From NCBI GenBank assembly GCA_002689325.1, contig NZFP01000009.1, forward strand, positions 2,587-66,586: a stretch of 64,000 bases of DNA. The letters run 5' to 3'. Shown here one piece after another: positions 1 to 8,031 of the stretch (the stretch's first letter is position 1; each line of letters opens with the position of its first letter). Below the pieces are notes generated by a model that searched no databases, had not been told where the DNA came from, and saw only the letters and a program-made list of their open reading frames with translations. This DNA comes from Rickettsiales bacterium. Lineage in GTDB: Bacteria; Pseudomonadota; Alphaproteobacteria; Methylaequorales; Methylaequoraceae. Both the position numbers and the translations under genes were made by a program.

Positions 1-476
1 CTACCCTTCATTAGATTACTTTTATTTTTAGGAGTATACCACAGAGATATATTGGTGAGTACTGGAAATATTCCTAGATAATTTGTAACAGTGTTAAGTA
101 TATTTTTATTTTTAGCTAGCTCTAAAATTTTTGAATTTTGTGTAATTTCATTCTTCTCAAATAAGTTAAAATAATATTTTTTCTTAGATTTTTGAAAATT
201 TCTATTTTTATAAAAGTCCTCAGCTTCTTTTATTGCAGATAAGGTCAAATTAATAACATTTTTATTGTCATAAAATTCATAACCTTTTTTTTTTGAAATT
301 TTATTTAATACCTTAAAAGGTTTTAATTTTTTTATTAATCTTTTCCTGACAATCATCATTGGAAAGAGAAGTATTTTTAAAACCAGATAATAAATTAATC
401 TAACATTATAGTTTTGATATCTAAAAAATAATCTTGGATCTATTAGAGTGCATAAGATGTTTTTAAAAATATTCAT
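1..476 (-). CDS. hypothetical protein, 5' part only (ATG at 476, runs off window start)
   Basis: Manual reverse-complement translation gives an open frame from ATG (complement of 474-476) to position 1 with an in-frame stop just upstream. Begins MNIFKNILCTLIDPRLFF. Not in the ORF track because no stop lies inside the window. Confidence 0.4.
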   Translation of the reverse strand, partial: MNIFKNILCTLIDPRLFFRYQNYNVRLIYYLVLKILLFPMMIVRKRLIKKLKPFKVLNKISKKKGYEFYDNKNVINLTLSAIKEAEDFYKNRNFQKSKKKYYFNLFEKNEITQNSKILELAKNKNILNTVTNYLGIFPVLTNISLWYTPKNKSNLMKG

Positions 477-515
477 AAAACTAAAAAAAATATATTATTT
501 TTTTTTCTACCCTCC

Positions 516-1334
516 CTATTTTAATTCTTCAATTTCAGAAATTTTAAAGTAAAATTTTATTTTTGTCAATTTAGGTTCAGCATTTAATATGCTACCATCA
601 AGGCATTCATTTTCGCTCATTTTTCCTGGCTCAAAGTAGCCGGAAAATTTAACAAAAGTTGCCTCTTTTTCATCCAAATCCCAAAGGCCTGAGGGTTTAA
701 AATTCAGAACTTTATCAATGAGTTTACTATCTAAATCAATATCCCTAACTAGATTACCAAAATCGTTAATATGAATTCTTATTCCAACATCTCCATTGTC
801 AGATGCCCAAACATCTTTAACAACTCCTACCCAATCTTTTTTTGGTTCATAAGCATTAAATTCATTACTGGAACATAATTCTTTGTTTGCTTGAATCCAC
901 AGATATTTTGCTTTGGCAGAATTGACGGCTTGCAAAACTTTCTTATTTGTCGATGAAATTAAATTATTGAGAAATTTTTGATCTGGAGGAGCAAGGTTGT
1001 ATCCAAATTGTTGATTATTATTTAACGAGGGCAGAGGCTTTTGTTGAAATACTACTTCCTTTTTAACTTTATCAATTTCTGTATTTTTTCTTTTATTAAT
1101 TTTTCCTTTAGATATGTTTGTTAAATTTAATTTTTCTAAACAGAACTTACATACATTACTTTCACTCCAATCCCTTACAGAGGAATAGTTTTTTAAGTGA
1201 TCAAGTCTTTGATCAGTTTTGCAAGTTAAAAATTTGACTAAAGAATCTTTTTTTAAATAATCAGTATTGCATTGATTTGCAGATGAGTCTGAGAATAAAA
1301 ATAAAAAAATAAAAAAAAATGAAAAGGTAATCAT
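516..1334 (-). CDS. exported hypothetical protein (N-terminal signal peptide)
   Basis: 272-aa ORF. Hydrophobic N-terminus MITFSFFFIFLFLFSDSSA followed by a polar, Cys-containing mature region. No recognisable catalytic motif. Confidence 0.5.
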   Translation of the reverse strand: MITFSFFFIFLFLFSDSSANQCNTDYLKKDSLVKFLTCKTDQRLDHLKNYSSVRDWSESNVCKFCLEKLNLTNISKGKINKRKNTEIDKVKKEVVFQQKPLPSLNNNQQFGYNLAPPDQKFLNNLISSTNKKVLQAVNSAKAKYLWIQANKELCSSNEFNAYEPKKDWVGVVKDVWASDNGDVGIRIHINDFGNLVRDIDLDSKLIDKVLNFKPSGLWDLDEKEATFVKFSGYFEPGKMSENECLDGSILNAEPKLTKIKFYFKISEIEELK

Positions 1335-1483
1335 AATTCTTTATTTTAATTAAATTGAAAAAAAAAAGAATTAAAAAATTTAAAATAAAAAAATAATTTT
1401 TTAGTTTAATTTAGGTATTAATTTTTTGTAAAATTTACTAGGAAATTTTTATTAGAGCTTTAAGAGATTTGTGAAAGGAAAAT

Positions 1484-3478
1484 ATGAATAATATTAATAC
1501 TGCTCTACAAAGAGAAAGACAAAAATATAAGGTCCGAACTTTTTATTTATTAGGCTTTATTGGATGTATCTCGATCTTTGTATATTTTTTTTTACTACTT
1601 TCAAATGGCACGAAAATAATTATTTTACCTGAAGAGGCAAGTAAAAATGCAAAGGTAAAATCTGAGAGTTTTTTCGACCTAAGTTTTAATAATTTTATTT
1701 ATTCTTTTAGTTCAAAACCTGTTTTTTCTGTATCATCAAAAGGGTATAAAAAAATCCAAGAAACCATTACACATGAAAACAAAGGTAAATTTCATGAGGT
1801 TTTAATGACCGAACTCCCGGGAATTTTAAATGTGAACATTAATAATAAAAATGAAAATACCCAATGGTTTTTGGATGAGAAATTTATTTTTCAAGGGGAA
1901 AAGTTAGAAATAAGCTTGCCCGCCGGACAATACAATTTAGCAGTTAATAACCCTTTTTTTGAGAAAAAAAATACGAATGTCATTATTGAAAAAGGGGAAC
2001 CTAACAACCTGGATTTAGAACTAAATAATATTAACAGTTTTATAAAAATTGATTCAGAGCCAACTAATGCAACTGTATTTATTAACAAAAAAAAAATTGG
2101 ACAAACCCCAATGATTTTTAAAGATCAAGGTGGTAAGTACATGATTGAAGTTAAAAAAGAGAATTACGAAAAAATTAATGAGACAATAATTATTACAAAT
2201 CAAAATAAAGTAAATCAAAGAAACTATATCTTGGAGCTCATCGAGGCTAAATTAAAAGTCACTACAAAACCAAAAGGAGGAAATTTAAATATCAATGGTT
2301 TGGTTTATCAAACAGATAAATTTATCAATCTTAAATCTAATAAGGAATATATTGTTTCATATGAAAAAGCTGGTTTTAAAAAAAAATCGCTTAATTTAAA
2401 TTTAAAGCCTAATGAAGAAAGAACTGAGACTATTAATTTGGAAGAAGAATATGGTATTGTTGAAATTATTTCTAAACCAAAAGCAGAAATTTGGATTAAT
2501 GAAAAATTATCAGGCCAAACTCCTAAACTGGTTGAGTTAAGAACTATTCAACAGACCATTGAAGTTAGAAAAAAAAACTTCAGGTCTGTGACTAACAAAA
2601 TTTTACCAAAAGCAGATAAAAAGAAGGTTTTAAATATTAGTCTTATTGATGAAAAGACGGCAAGATTGCAAGAGGCAAAATCCTCTTACAATAATTCTAT
2701 TAATATTGAAATGAAATTATTTAACCCAAAAGGCGACATGTTGCAATTAGGTGCTAAACGTCATGAAAAAGGTCAAAGAGCTAATGAAATTTTACGAAAA
2801 GTTAATCTAACCAAACCTTTTTATGTCTCTTTACATGAAGTATCAAATGAAAATTTTACCAATTTTAAAAAAAAGCAATTATCTGGAAATGGAAGTTTTC
2901 CTATAAGCAACATCTCTTGGATCGAAGCTGCAGCTTTCTGCAATTGGTTAAGTAAAAAAGAAAAACTTGAAGAATTTTATGTCATTAAAGGTGGCAAATT
3001 AATTGATTTTAAAGGAAATTCCAATGGATATAGATTACTAACTGAGGCTGAATGGGAGTGGTTGTCAAGAAAAGCAAATAAGAAAAAAGCCAGTAAATTT
3101 AGTTGGGGTGATAGCTTTATAATTCCAGACAATTATCTTAATATTGCCGATGAAAGTGCTCAAAGCAATCAAAGGAACTTTGTAAAAGATTATGATGATG
3201 GTTATGAAAATCTTGCAGAAATTGGGAGTTTCAATAAGGAAAAATCTGGGCTATATGATTTATCAGGTAATCTTAGTGAATGGGTTCATGATTATTATAC
3301 AGTTACTTTCTCCGACAAAATAGAAAAAGATCCATTAGGTAAAAAAAAGGGATCTAGTCATGTAATCAAAGGTGCAAATTGGAGTTCTGGTACATTAACA
3401 AAAATTAGGCCTAGTTATAGAGAAAATGGTATAAAGGGAAATGAGACAACTGGTTTTAGAATAGCAAGATATTTATGA
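1484..3478 (+). CDS. membrane-anchored protein with ~4 PEGA-like beta-sandwich repeats and a C-terminal FGE/SUMF1-fold (formylglycine-generating-enzyme-like) domain lacking the catalytic Cys pair
   Basis: 664 aa. N-terminal TM (FYLLGFIGCISIFVYFFLLL). Repeated segments of the type TNATVFINKKKIGQTPMIF...KYMIEVKKENYE and AEIWINEKLSGQTPKLVEL...IEVRKKNFRS are PEGA-like. C-terminus (ISWIEAAAFCNWLS...GYRLLTEAEWEW...YDLSGNLSEWVHD...GANWSS...GFRIARY) matches the FGE-sulfatase fold. There is no Cys in the region where FGE has its catalytic CxxxxC. Confidence 0.7.
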   Translation: MNNINTALQRERQKYKVRTFYLLGFIGCISIFVYFFLLLSNGTKIIILPEEASKNAKVKSESFFDLSFNNFIYSFSSKPVFSVSSKGYKKIQETITHENKGKFHEVLMTELPGILNVNINNKNENTQWFLDEKFIFQGEKLEISLPAGQYNLAVNNPFFEKKNTNVIIEKGEPNNLDLELNNINSFIKIDSEPTNATVFINKKKIGQTPMIFKDQGGKYMIEVKKENYEKINETIIITNQNKVNQRNYILELIEAKLKVTTKPKGGNLNINGLVYQTDKFINLKSNKEYIVSYEKAGFKKKSLNLNLKPNEERTETINLEEEYGIVEIISKPKAEIWINEKLSGQTPKLVELRTIQQTIEVRKKNFRSVTNKILPKADKKKVLNISLIDEKTARLQEAKSSYNNSINIEMKLFNPKGDMLQLGAKRHEKGQRANEILRKVNLTKPFYVSLHEVSNENFTNFKKKQLSGNGSFPISNISWIEAAAFCNWLSKKEKLEEFYVIKGGKLIDFKGNSNGYRLLTEAEWEWLSRKANKKKASKFSWGDSFIIPDNYLNIADESAQSNQRNFVKDYDDGYENLAEIGSFNKEKSGLYDLSGNLSEWVHDYYTVTFSDKIEKDPLGKKKGSSHVIKGANWSSGTLTKIRPSYRENGIKGNETTGFRIARYL

Positions 3479-3531
3479 ACTTTAAAAAAAAAATAATAAT
3501 TTTTGTCATATTAATTTTTACATGTCTTATA

Positions 3532-3540
3532 TGTTATAAT
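3532..3540 (+). promoter_or_regulatory. possible extended -10 element (TGtTATAAT) upstream of the MotA/ExbB-like gene
   Basis: tgttataat at 3532-3540, 66 bp upstream of ATG 3606. The -35 is weak. In an AT-rich genome such matches occur by chance, hence low confidence. Confidence 0.2.
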
Positions 3541-3560
3541 ATTATTGAGGCTGGAGGCCT

Positions 3561-3593
3561 GAGTATTTCGTTAAATACTCCAATTTCTTTTCC
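3561..3593 (+). terminator. perfect 8-bp hairpin (gagtattt-cgtt-aaatactc) followed by T-rich tract; terminator/attenuator-like element between FGE-fold gene and MotA-like gene
   Basis: Inverted repeat 3561-3568/3573-3580 with 4-nt loop, then caatttcttttcc. It lies 13 nt before ATG 3606. Confidence 0.3.
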
Positions 3594-3605
3594 AGTTGAT
3601 ATTTA

Positions 3606-4361
3606 ATGAATAATATACTCAAGAACTCTCTATTTTTAATTTTTACAGTCATTATTGTGCATTTTATTTTTTCAGGTTTTATAAGACCTGAAGCGAATTT
3701 GATAATTGAAACAGCTAAGAACACACAAACATCAGTACCTAGAAATTTCTATATTATTGTAAAAGACCTTGAACAGGAAATTTGTTTCATATTGTTAATT
3801 TGGGGAGTTTTTTTAATACTTCAAAAATGTCTTAAAATTATCAATTCAAACTATCTTTTTAATATTGACCTTATTGAAAGACAAATTGAAACTAAAAAAA
3901 CGGCAGAAGAAGTCATTAGCAAATTAAATAATCAGCTTGATAAAAATCTTCAAGAAACCCCTCTTATCGAATCTATAAATCTTGCATTACTTAGATACTC
4001 TCAAACAAAAAATGTTCAAAATGTTTCAGATTCTATTAAAAGTAGTATTGAAATGCTCTCAACAAAACAAGATAGTGATAACGCAATGATTAGATATTTG
4101 ATATGGGCTATACCTTCTGTTGGTTTTATTGGAACTGTCAGAGGCATTGGATTAGCATTGTCAAATGCTGATAAGGCAATTGCGGGTAATATTTCATTAA
4201 TGACTGAAAATTTAGGAATAGCTTTTAATTCAACTTTTGTTGCATTAATCATTAGTCTAATTTTAATGCTTTTTTTCCATCAACTACAAAAGCTACAAGA
4301 TGAAAATTTAGTTGATATTCAAGAATATTGTGAAAAATATCTTTATTCTAAGTTCGTATAA
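3606..4361 (+). CDS. MotA/TolQ/ExbB-family proton-channel protein
   Basis: 251 aa. Four predicted TM helices in a 2 + cytoplasmic loop + 2 arrangement. TM3 carries the family signature IWAIPSVGFIGTVRGIGLAL (compare ExbB/TolQ GLLGTVxGI). Confidence 0.7.
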   Translation: MNNILKNSLFLIFTVIIVHFIFSGFIRPEANLIIETAKNTQTSVPRNFYIIVKDLEQEICFILLIWGVFLILQKCLKIINSNYLFNIDLIERQIETKKTAEEVISKLNNQLDKNLQETPLIESINLALLRYSQTKNVQNVSDSIKSSIEMLSTKQDSDNAMIRYLIWAIPSVGFIGTVRGIGLALSNADKAIAGNISLMTENLGIAFNSTFVALIISLILMLFFHQLQKLQDENLVDIQEYCEKYLYSKFV

Positions 4362-4364
4362 ATT

Positions 4365-5435
4365 ATGAAAAAGAAAGAACGTAACAATGATTTTAGCTTA
4401 TCATTTTTAGACATTATGGCATGCGGTTTAGGCGGAGTAATAATAATTTTTTTATTACTAGATAATAAACCTAATTCTATAATTACTGAATCAAAAACAA
4501 ATAATGAAATACTAATTGAGGAGATTGAGAGCCTTTCTAATTCGAATCTAGAACTAAGCACTGCTAATCAGCAATTAGAATTAAATATAGAAAATGAAAA
4601 AAACAAATTATCAACTATTGATAAACAAAACGAAACTCTAGAAAAAAAGATCAAAGACATTGATAAAACTTCCGAAGAAATCAATAAAGAAGTTTCTCAA
4701 TTGAAAGAAAAAATATCTAAGATGCCTCAGGAAATTATTGAAGATCCTATTTCAAATGATGAATTGTTTGAAGAAAATTATATTGAGGGTCTTAGAATAG
4801 TAGGGAAAAAAATTTGTATATTACTTGATTCTAGTTCATCAATGACAGATGAAAAATTATTAGAAATTATCAAAAGGAAGAATTTATCTGACGAAGAAAA
4901 AAAAAAAGGTCCAAAGTGGAAGAGAAGTTTAGATATTGTAAAGTGGGTTTTAGCTAGAGCACCAAAAGAGAGTAATATTGCTGTAATAAGGTTCAGTGAA
5001 ACAGCAAAATATATTGCCAAAGAATCCTTCCAAACCAAAAATAAGAATGATTTAAAAACAATTTTTTTAGGTTTAAATAATATAATCCCCAACGGGCCAA
5101 CTAATTTGTTATCTGCTTTAATACAAGCGGCAAAATTTAAGCCAACCAATATTTATCTAATTACAGATGGATTACCAACTTTTGGTGGAGAAAGATTTAA
5201 AAGTTTAAATCCATTTAATAAATGTGATTCTATTATTGGTTCCTCAAATAAAATATCTGGTGAATGTAGAGTAAAATTATTTAATCAAAGTATAAAATAT
5301 GTAAGTAATAATGGAGCAAAAATAGATATAATTCTCCTACCCGTGGAAGGTGATCCCCAAGCCTCTCCTGAGATGTGGAAATGGGCCTCTGACACAGGTG
5401 GTATATTAATCAGCCCAGCAAAAAATTGGCCATAA
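4365..5435 (+). CDS. ExbD/TolR/MotB-like single-pass anchor fused to coiled coil and von Willebrand factor A domain (paralogue 1)
   Basis: 356 aa. N-terminal TM FSLSFLDIMACGLGGVIIIFLLL with Asp at the ExbD/TolR position. Heptad-rich segment (SLSNSNLELSTANQQLELNIENEKNKL...). vWA with MIDAS DSSSSM ... ITDGLPT. Starts 3 nt after the upstream gene. Confidence 0.6.
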   Translation: MKKKERNNDFSLSFLDIMACGLGGVIIIFLLLDNKPNSIITESKTNNEILIEEIESLSNSNLELSTANQQLELNIENEKNKLSTIDKQNETLEKKIKDIDKTSEEINKEVSQLKEKISKMPQEIIEDPISNDELFEENYIEGLRIVGKKICILLDSSSSMTDEKLLEIIKRKNLSDEEKKKGPKWKRSLDIVKWVLARAPKESNIAVIRFSETAKYIAKESFQTKNKNDLKTIFLGLNNIIPNGPTNLLSALIQAAKFKPTNIYLITDGLPTFGGERFKSLNPFNKCDSIIGSSNKISGECRVKLFNQSIKYVSNNGAKIDIILLPVEGDPQASPEMWKWASDTGGILISPAKNWP

Positions 5436-6370
5436 TGAAAAAAAAAAGGAATTTAGAAAATACACTTTTTTCATTCTTAGATGTTATATCATGTGGGTTT
5501 GGGGCTATTGTCATGTTGGTGTTAATTTACAAATTTAATCCCAGTGAAAATATTGAAAATTATGACGAAGATAATGAAAAATACATTATTAAAATAAACG
5601 AATTACAATCAATTAACGATAAATTAAAAATAACTAAAGAGCAATTAACAAATAAACTTTTAGAAATTAATAAAAAATTTTTAGAAATTAATAATTCTAT
5701 ACAAAATAAACAAAATTCACTCACGTCTGTTGAAAAAAAGAAAAAAGATCTTAAAGATTCTGCTGAAGCATTAAAACTTGTTGAGAATAATCTCAAATCC
5801 TTTTCACTAAAAAAGAAGAAAGAAATTGTAAGGGATATTGAGGTTGGTGGAATTCCTGTTGATAGTGACTATATCATTTTTATAGTTGATACATCTGGAA
5901 GCATGTTGACTATTTGGGATAAAGTTTCAAAGAAAATTGAGAATATTTTAAATATTCATCCAAATGTCAAGGGCTTTCAAATATTGAATGATATGGGAGT
6001 TCCTCTCATTTCTGGTTATAAAAACAAATGGATACCAGATACACCAACTTGGCGTAAAAATTCATTAAAGTTATTCAAAATGTGGGTTATTGCCTCAAAT
6101 AGTAGTCCTTTAGAAGGCATTGAATGGGCACTTATTAAATATTCAGATCCTAAAAAATCTGTAGCAATTTATGTCATGGGTGATGATTACACAGGAGGAG
6201 ATTATGATATAGCAATTAATAAAATAACGAATTTAAATAAAAAAAAAAAATTTAAAACAAGAATTCATGCTATTGGTTTTCTTGCTCAAGATACAACAGA
6301 TAGATTTTCAATTATTATGCGTGAAATAACGAAACAAAACAATGGAACCTTTATCGCTTTGCCAAGATAA
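5426..6370 (+). CDS. ExbD/TolR/MotB-like single-pass anchor fused to coiled coil and vWA domain (paralogue 2)
   Basis: 314 aa. TM TLFSFLDVISCGFGAIVMLVLIY with the same Asp. Coiled coil, then vWA with IIFIVDTSGSM ... VMGDDYTGGD. Overlaps the upstream paralogue by 10 nt, consistent with translational coupling. Confidence 0.6.
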   Translation: MAIMKKKRNLENTLFSFLDVISCGFGAIVMLVLIYKFNPSENIENYDEDNEKYIIKINELQSINDKLKITKEQLTNKLLEINKKFLEINNSIQNKQNSLTSVEKKKKDLKDSAEALKLVENNLKSFSLKKKKEIVRDIEVGGIPVDSDYIIFIVDTSGSMLTIWDKVSKKIENILNIHPNVKGFQILNDMGVPLISGYKNKWIPDTPTWRKNSLKLFKMWVIASNSSPLEGIEWALIKYSDPKKSVAIYVMGDDYTGGDYDIAINKITNLNKKKKFKTRIHAIGFLAQDTTDRFSIIMREITKQNNGTFIALPR

Positions 6371-6374
6371 TTTT

Positions 6375-8000
6375 TTATATCTTTTCTGTGCAAATAATTT
6401 TCAATTGAACGGGCTCATTTCCTGTCAAATTGATATCTAAAAAAATATCTCTGAAACCTTTTTTTTTTCCTATAAAATAGTATTCTCCGGGAGGAAGTTG
6501 AATAATTTTTTCTTCAACTTTCCCAACTTTACCAATACCTCTAATTTCTATATAGGTTTCATTGTCTGAAACAATTTTTACATTTATCTTTATTTCAGAT
6601 TTTTTAATAACATCAGAGACCTCAAGATAATTTTTTAAAAGTGATGGACTAATATCTAAGTATTTTTCCGAACTTTTAAGATCACTAAGAACCACGTTCT
6701 TAAATTTTTGATTCGTAAACCTATGTAAGTTTTTCGAATGACTTTTTAAACTTTTTTTTAAAGATAAAATTTCTTCTGTCATTTCAATTTTTTCTCTAAT
6801 AAAAGCATCATTATTTTCTATGTTTTCAATCTTCTTGAGATTGAGTAATGAGGTTTCCCAATCATCATTACTGGACGCAATATTAAAATTAAAAAGTAAA
6901 TCTTTTTTTATTTTTTCTTCTTTAAGTTTATCTAATTTGTCTTCAAATAAATTTATCTCAGGTCTATTTGGTAAAATTTTCTTTGCTTTTATTAAGAAGT
7001 TTTCTGCATCTTTAATATTTCCATCTTTAAAAAACTTTTCTGCTTTATTAATTTTCTTTGCAAATTCTGTTTCAGCTATTGTGAGACTTAAATTTTTTAT
7101 TTCATCATCTAATTTAGGGTTCTTTTCTATTTGACTGAGCTTTTGCATTAAAAGTAATTCTTTTTTTTTATTATTCTCGTTTCTGGCAGTTTCTAAATTT
7201 TCAAGGATTTGAATTTTTTCTGGAAGCACTTTTATCTTGGTTCTTAACTTTTTTGCTTCTTGAACATTAGGTTTTAATTTGAGGGCATTCTTAATGTTTT
7301 CATCTGCTTTTAAATAAGATAAATCCTTGTAAAATGATTTTGCGTTTGAAAAAAAATTATTAAAATCTTCCTCAAGTTTCTTGTTGGTTTTTTTAATTTC
7401 AAGTTCAGTCTTATCAATTTTTTTTATGGCATCAATAAAGTTTCCTTTATTTTTAATTACAGTAATCTCTTTTCTCATATTCTCAATCTTTTCAATATTT
7501 CGTTGAAAATAATTAAAATTCCAAACAAATAATGAATCATAAAAAAATTTTTCAAGTTCAATTTTCTTGTTTAGAAAAACTTCTTTTGCATTTTTTAAAT
7601 TAATATTCTCAGTTTTATTGGATAAACTTTCCAAGTTATCTTTAATTTTATTTCTTTTATTTGTGGTAATATTACTCTCAAAATTTTGACAATTAAATTC
7701 TGTAAAATCATTGTTGATTGTTGACGTTATTTTCTTATTTTTAAAATCAATAATTTCAATTTTATCATTATCCTCAGTTACATAAGTAAGATTTAAATCA
7801 TCAGAAGAAGTAAATTGCTTGCAGTTTTCTTGGTTGGAAGAATTTATCATGCAAATATTATTTTTGAATTTTGTATATTTGGTTAGTTTATTCGCTCCAT
7901 CTATACATTCCATTGTTAACTCATAATTATTTGCTTTAGAAAAAATTTTATTACTAATTAAAGAAATAAGTATAAAAAAAATTATTTTGTGGAATTTCAT
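6375..8000 (-). CDS. exported Lys-rich coiled-coil protein with C-terminal PEGA-like beta domain
   Basis: 541 aa. Signal peptide MKFHKIIFFILISLISNKIFS. Long K/E-rich helical repeats. C-terminus IEIRGIGKVGKVEEKIIQLPPGEYYFIGKKKGFRDIFLDINL resembles a PEGA domain. Confidence 0.5.
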   Translation of the reverse strand: MKFHKIIFFILISLISNKIFSKANNYELTMECIDGANKLTKYTKFKNNICMINSSNQENCKQFTSSDDLNLTYVTEDNDKIEIIDFKNKKITSTINNDFTEFNCQNFESNITTNKRNKIKDNLESLSNKTENINLKNAKEVFLNKKIELEKFFYDSLFVWNFNYFQRNIEKIENMRKEITVIKNKGNFIDAIKKIDKTELEIKKTNKKLEEDFNNFFSNAKSFYKDLSYLKADENIKNALKLKPNVQEAKKLRTKIKVLPEKIQILENLETARNENNKKKELLLMQKLSQIEKNPKLDDEIKNLSLTIAETEFAKKINKAEKFFKDGNIKDAENFLIKAKKILPNRPEINLFEDKLDKLKEEKIKKDLLFNFNIASSNDDWETSLLNLKKIENIENNDAFIREKIEMTEEILSLKKSLKSHSKNLHRFTNQKFKNVVLSDLKSSEKYLDISPSLLKNYLEVSDVIKKSEIKINVKIVSDNETYIEIRGIGKVGKVEEKIIQLPPGEYYFIGKKKGFRDIFLDINLTGNEPVQLKIICTEKI

Positions 8001-8031
8001 CTATTGGCAACAAAAAAAATTGAATTATCAA

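Noticed and set aside
1891-2088. Antisense ORF inside the PEGA/FGE gene (and similar nested ORFs at 4016-4252, 4343-4561, 4778-5149, 5560-5796, 6820-7134, 8265-8525, 8870-9136, 9576-9767, 12457-12720, 13556-13822)
   Set aside because: They are entirely embedded in longer, motif-supported genes on the other strand. Their products are low-complexity (F/L/S-rich) as expected from translating AT-rich antisense sequence.
3542-3724. 60-aa minus-strand ORF overlapping the start of the MotA/ExbB-like gene
   Set aside because: It overlaps a well-supported gene start and the leader hairpin. There is no motif, and it is probably a chance ORF.
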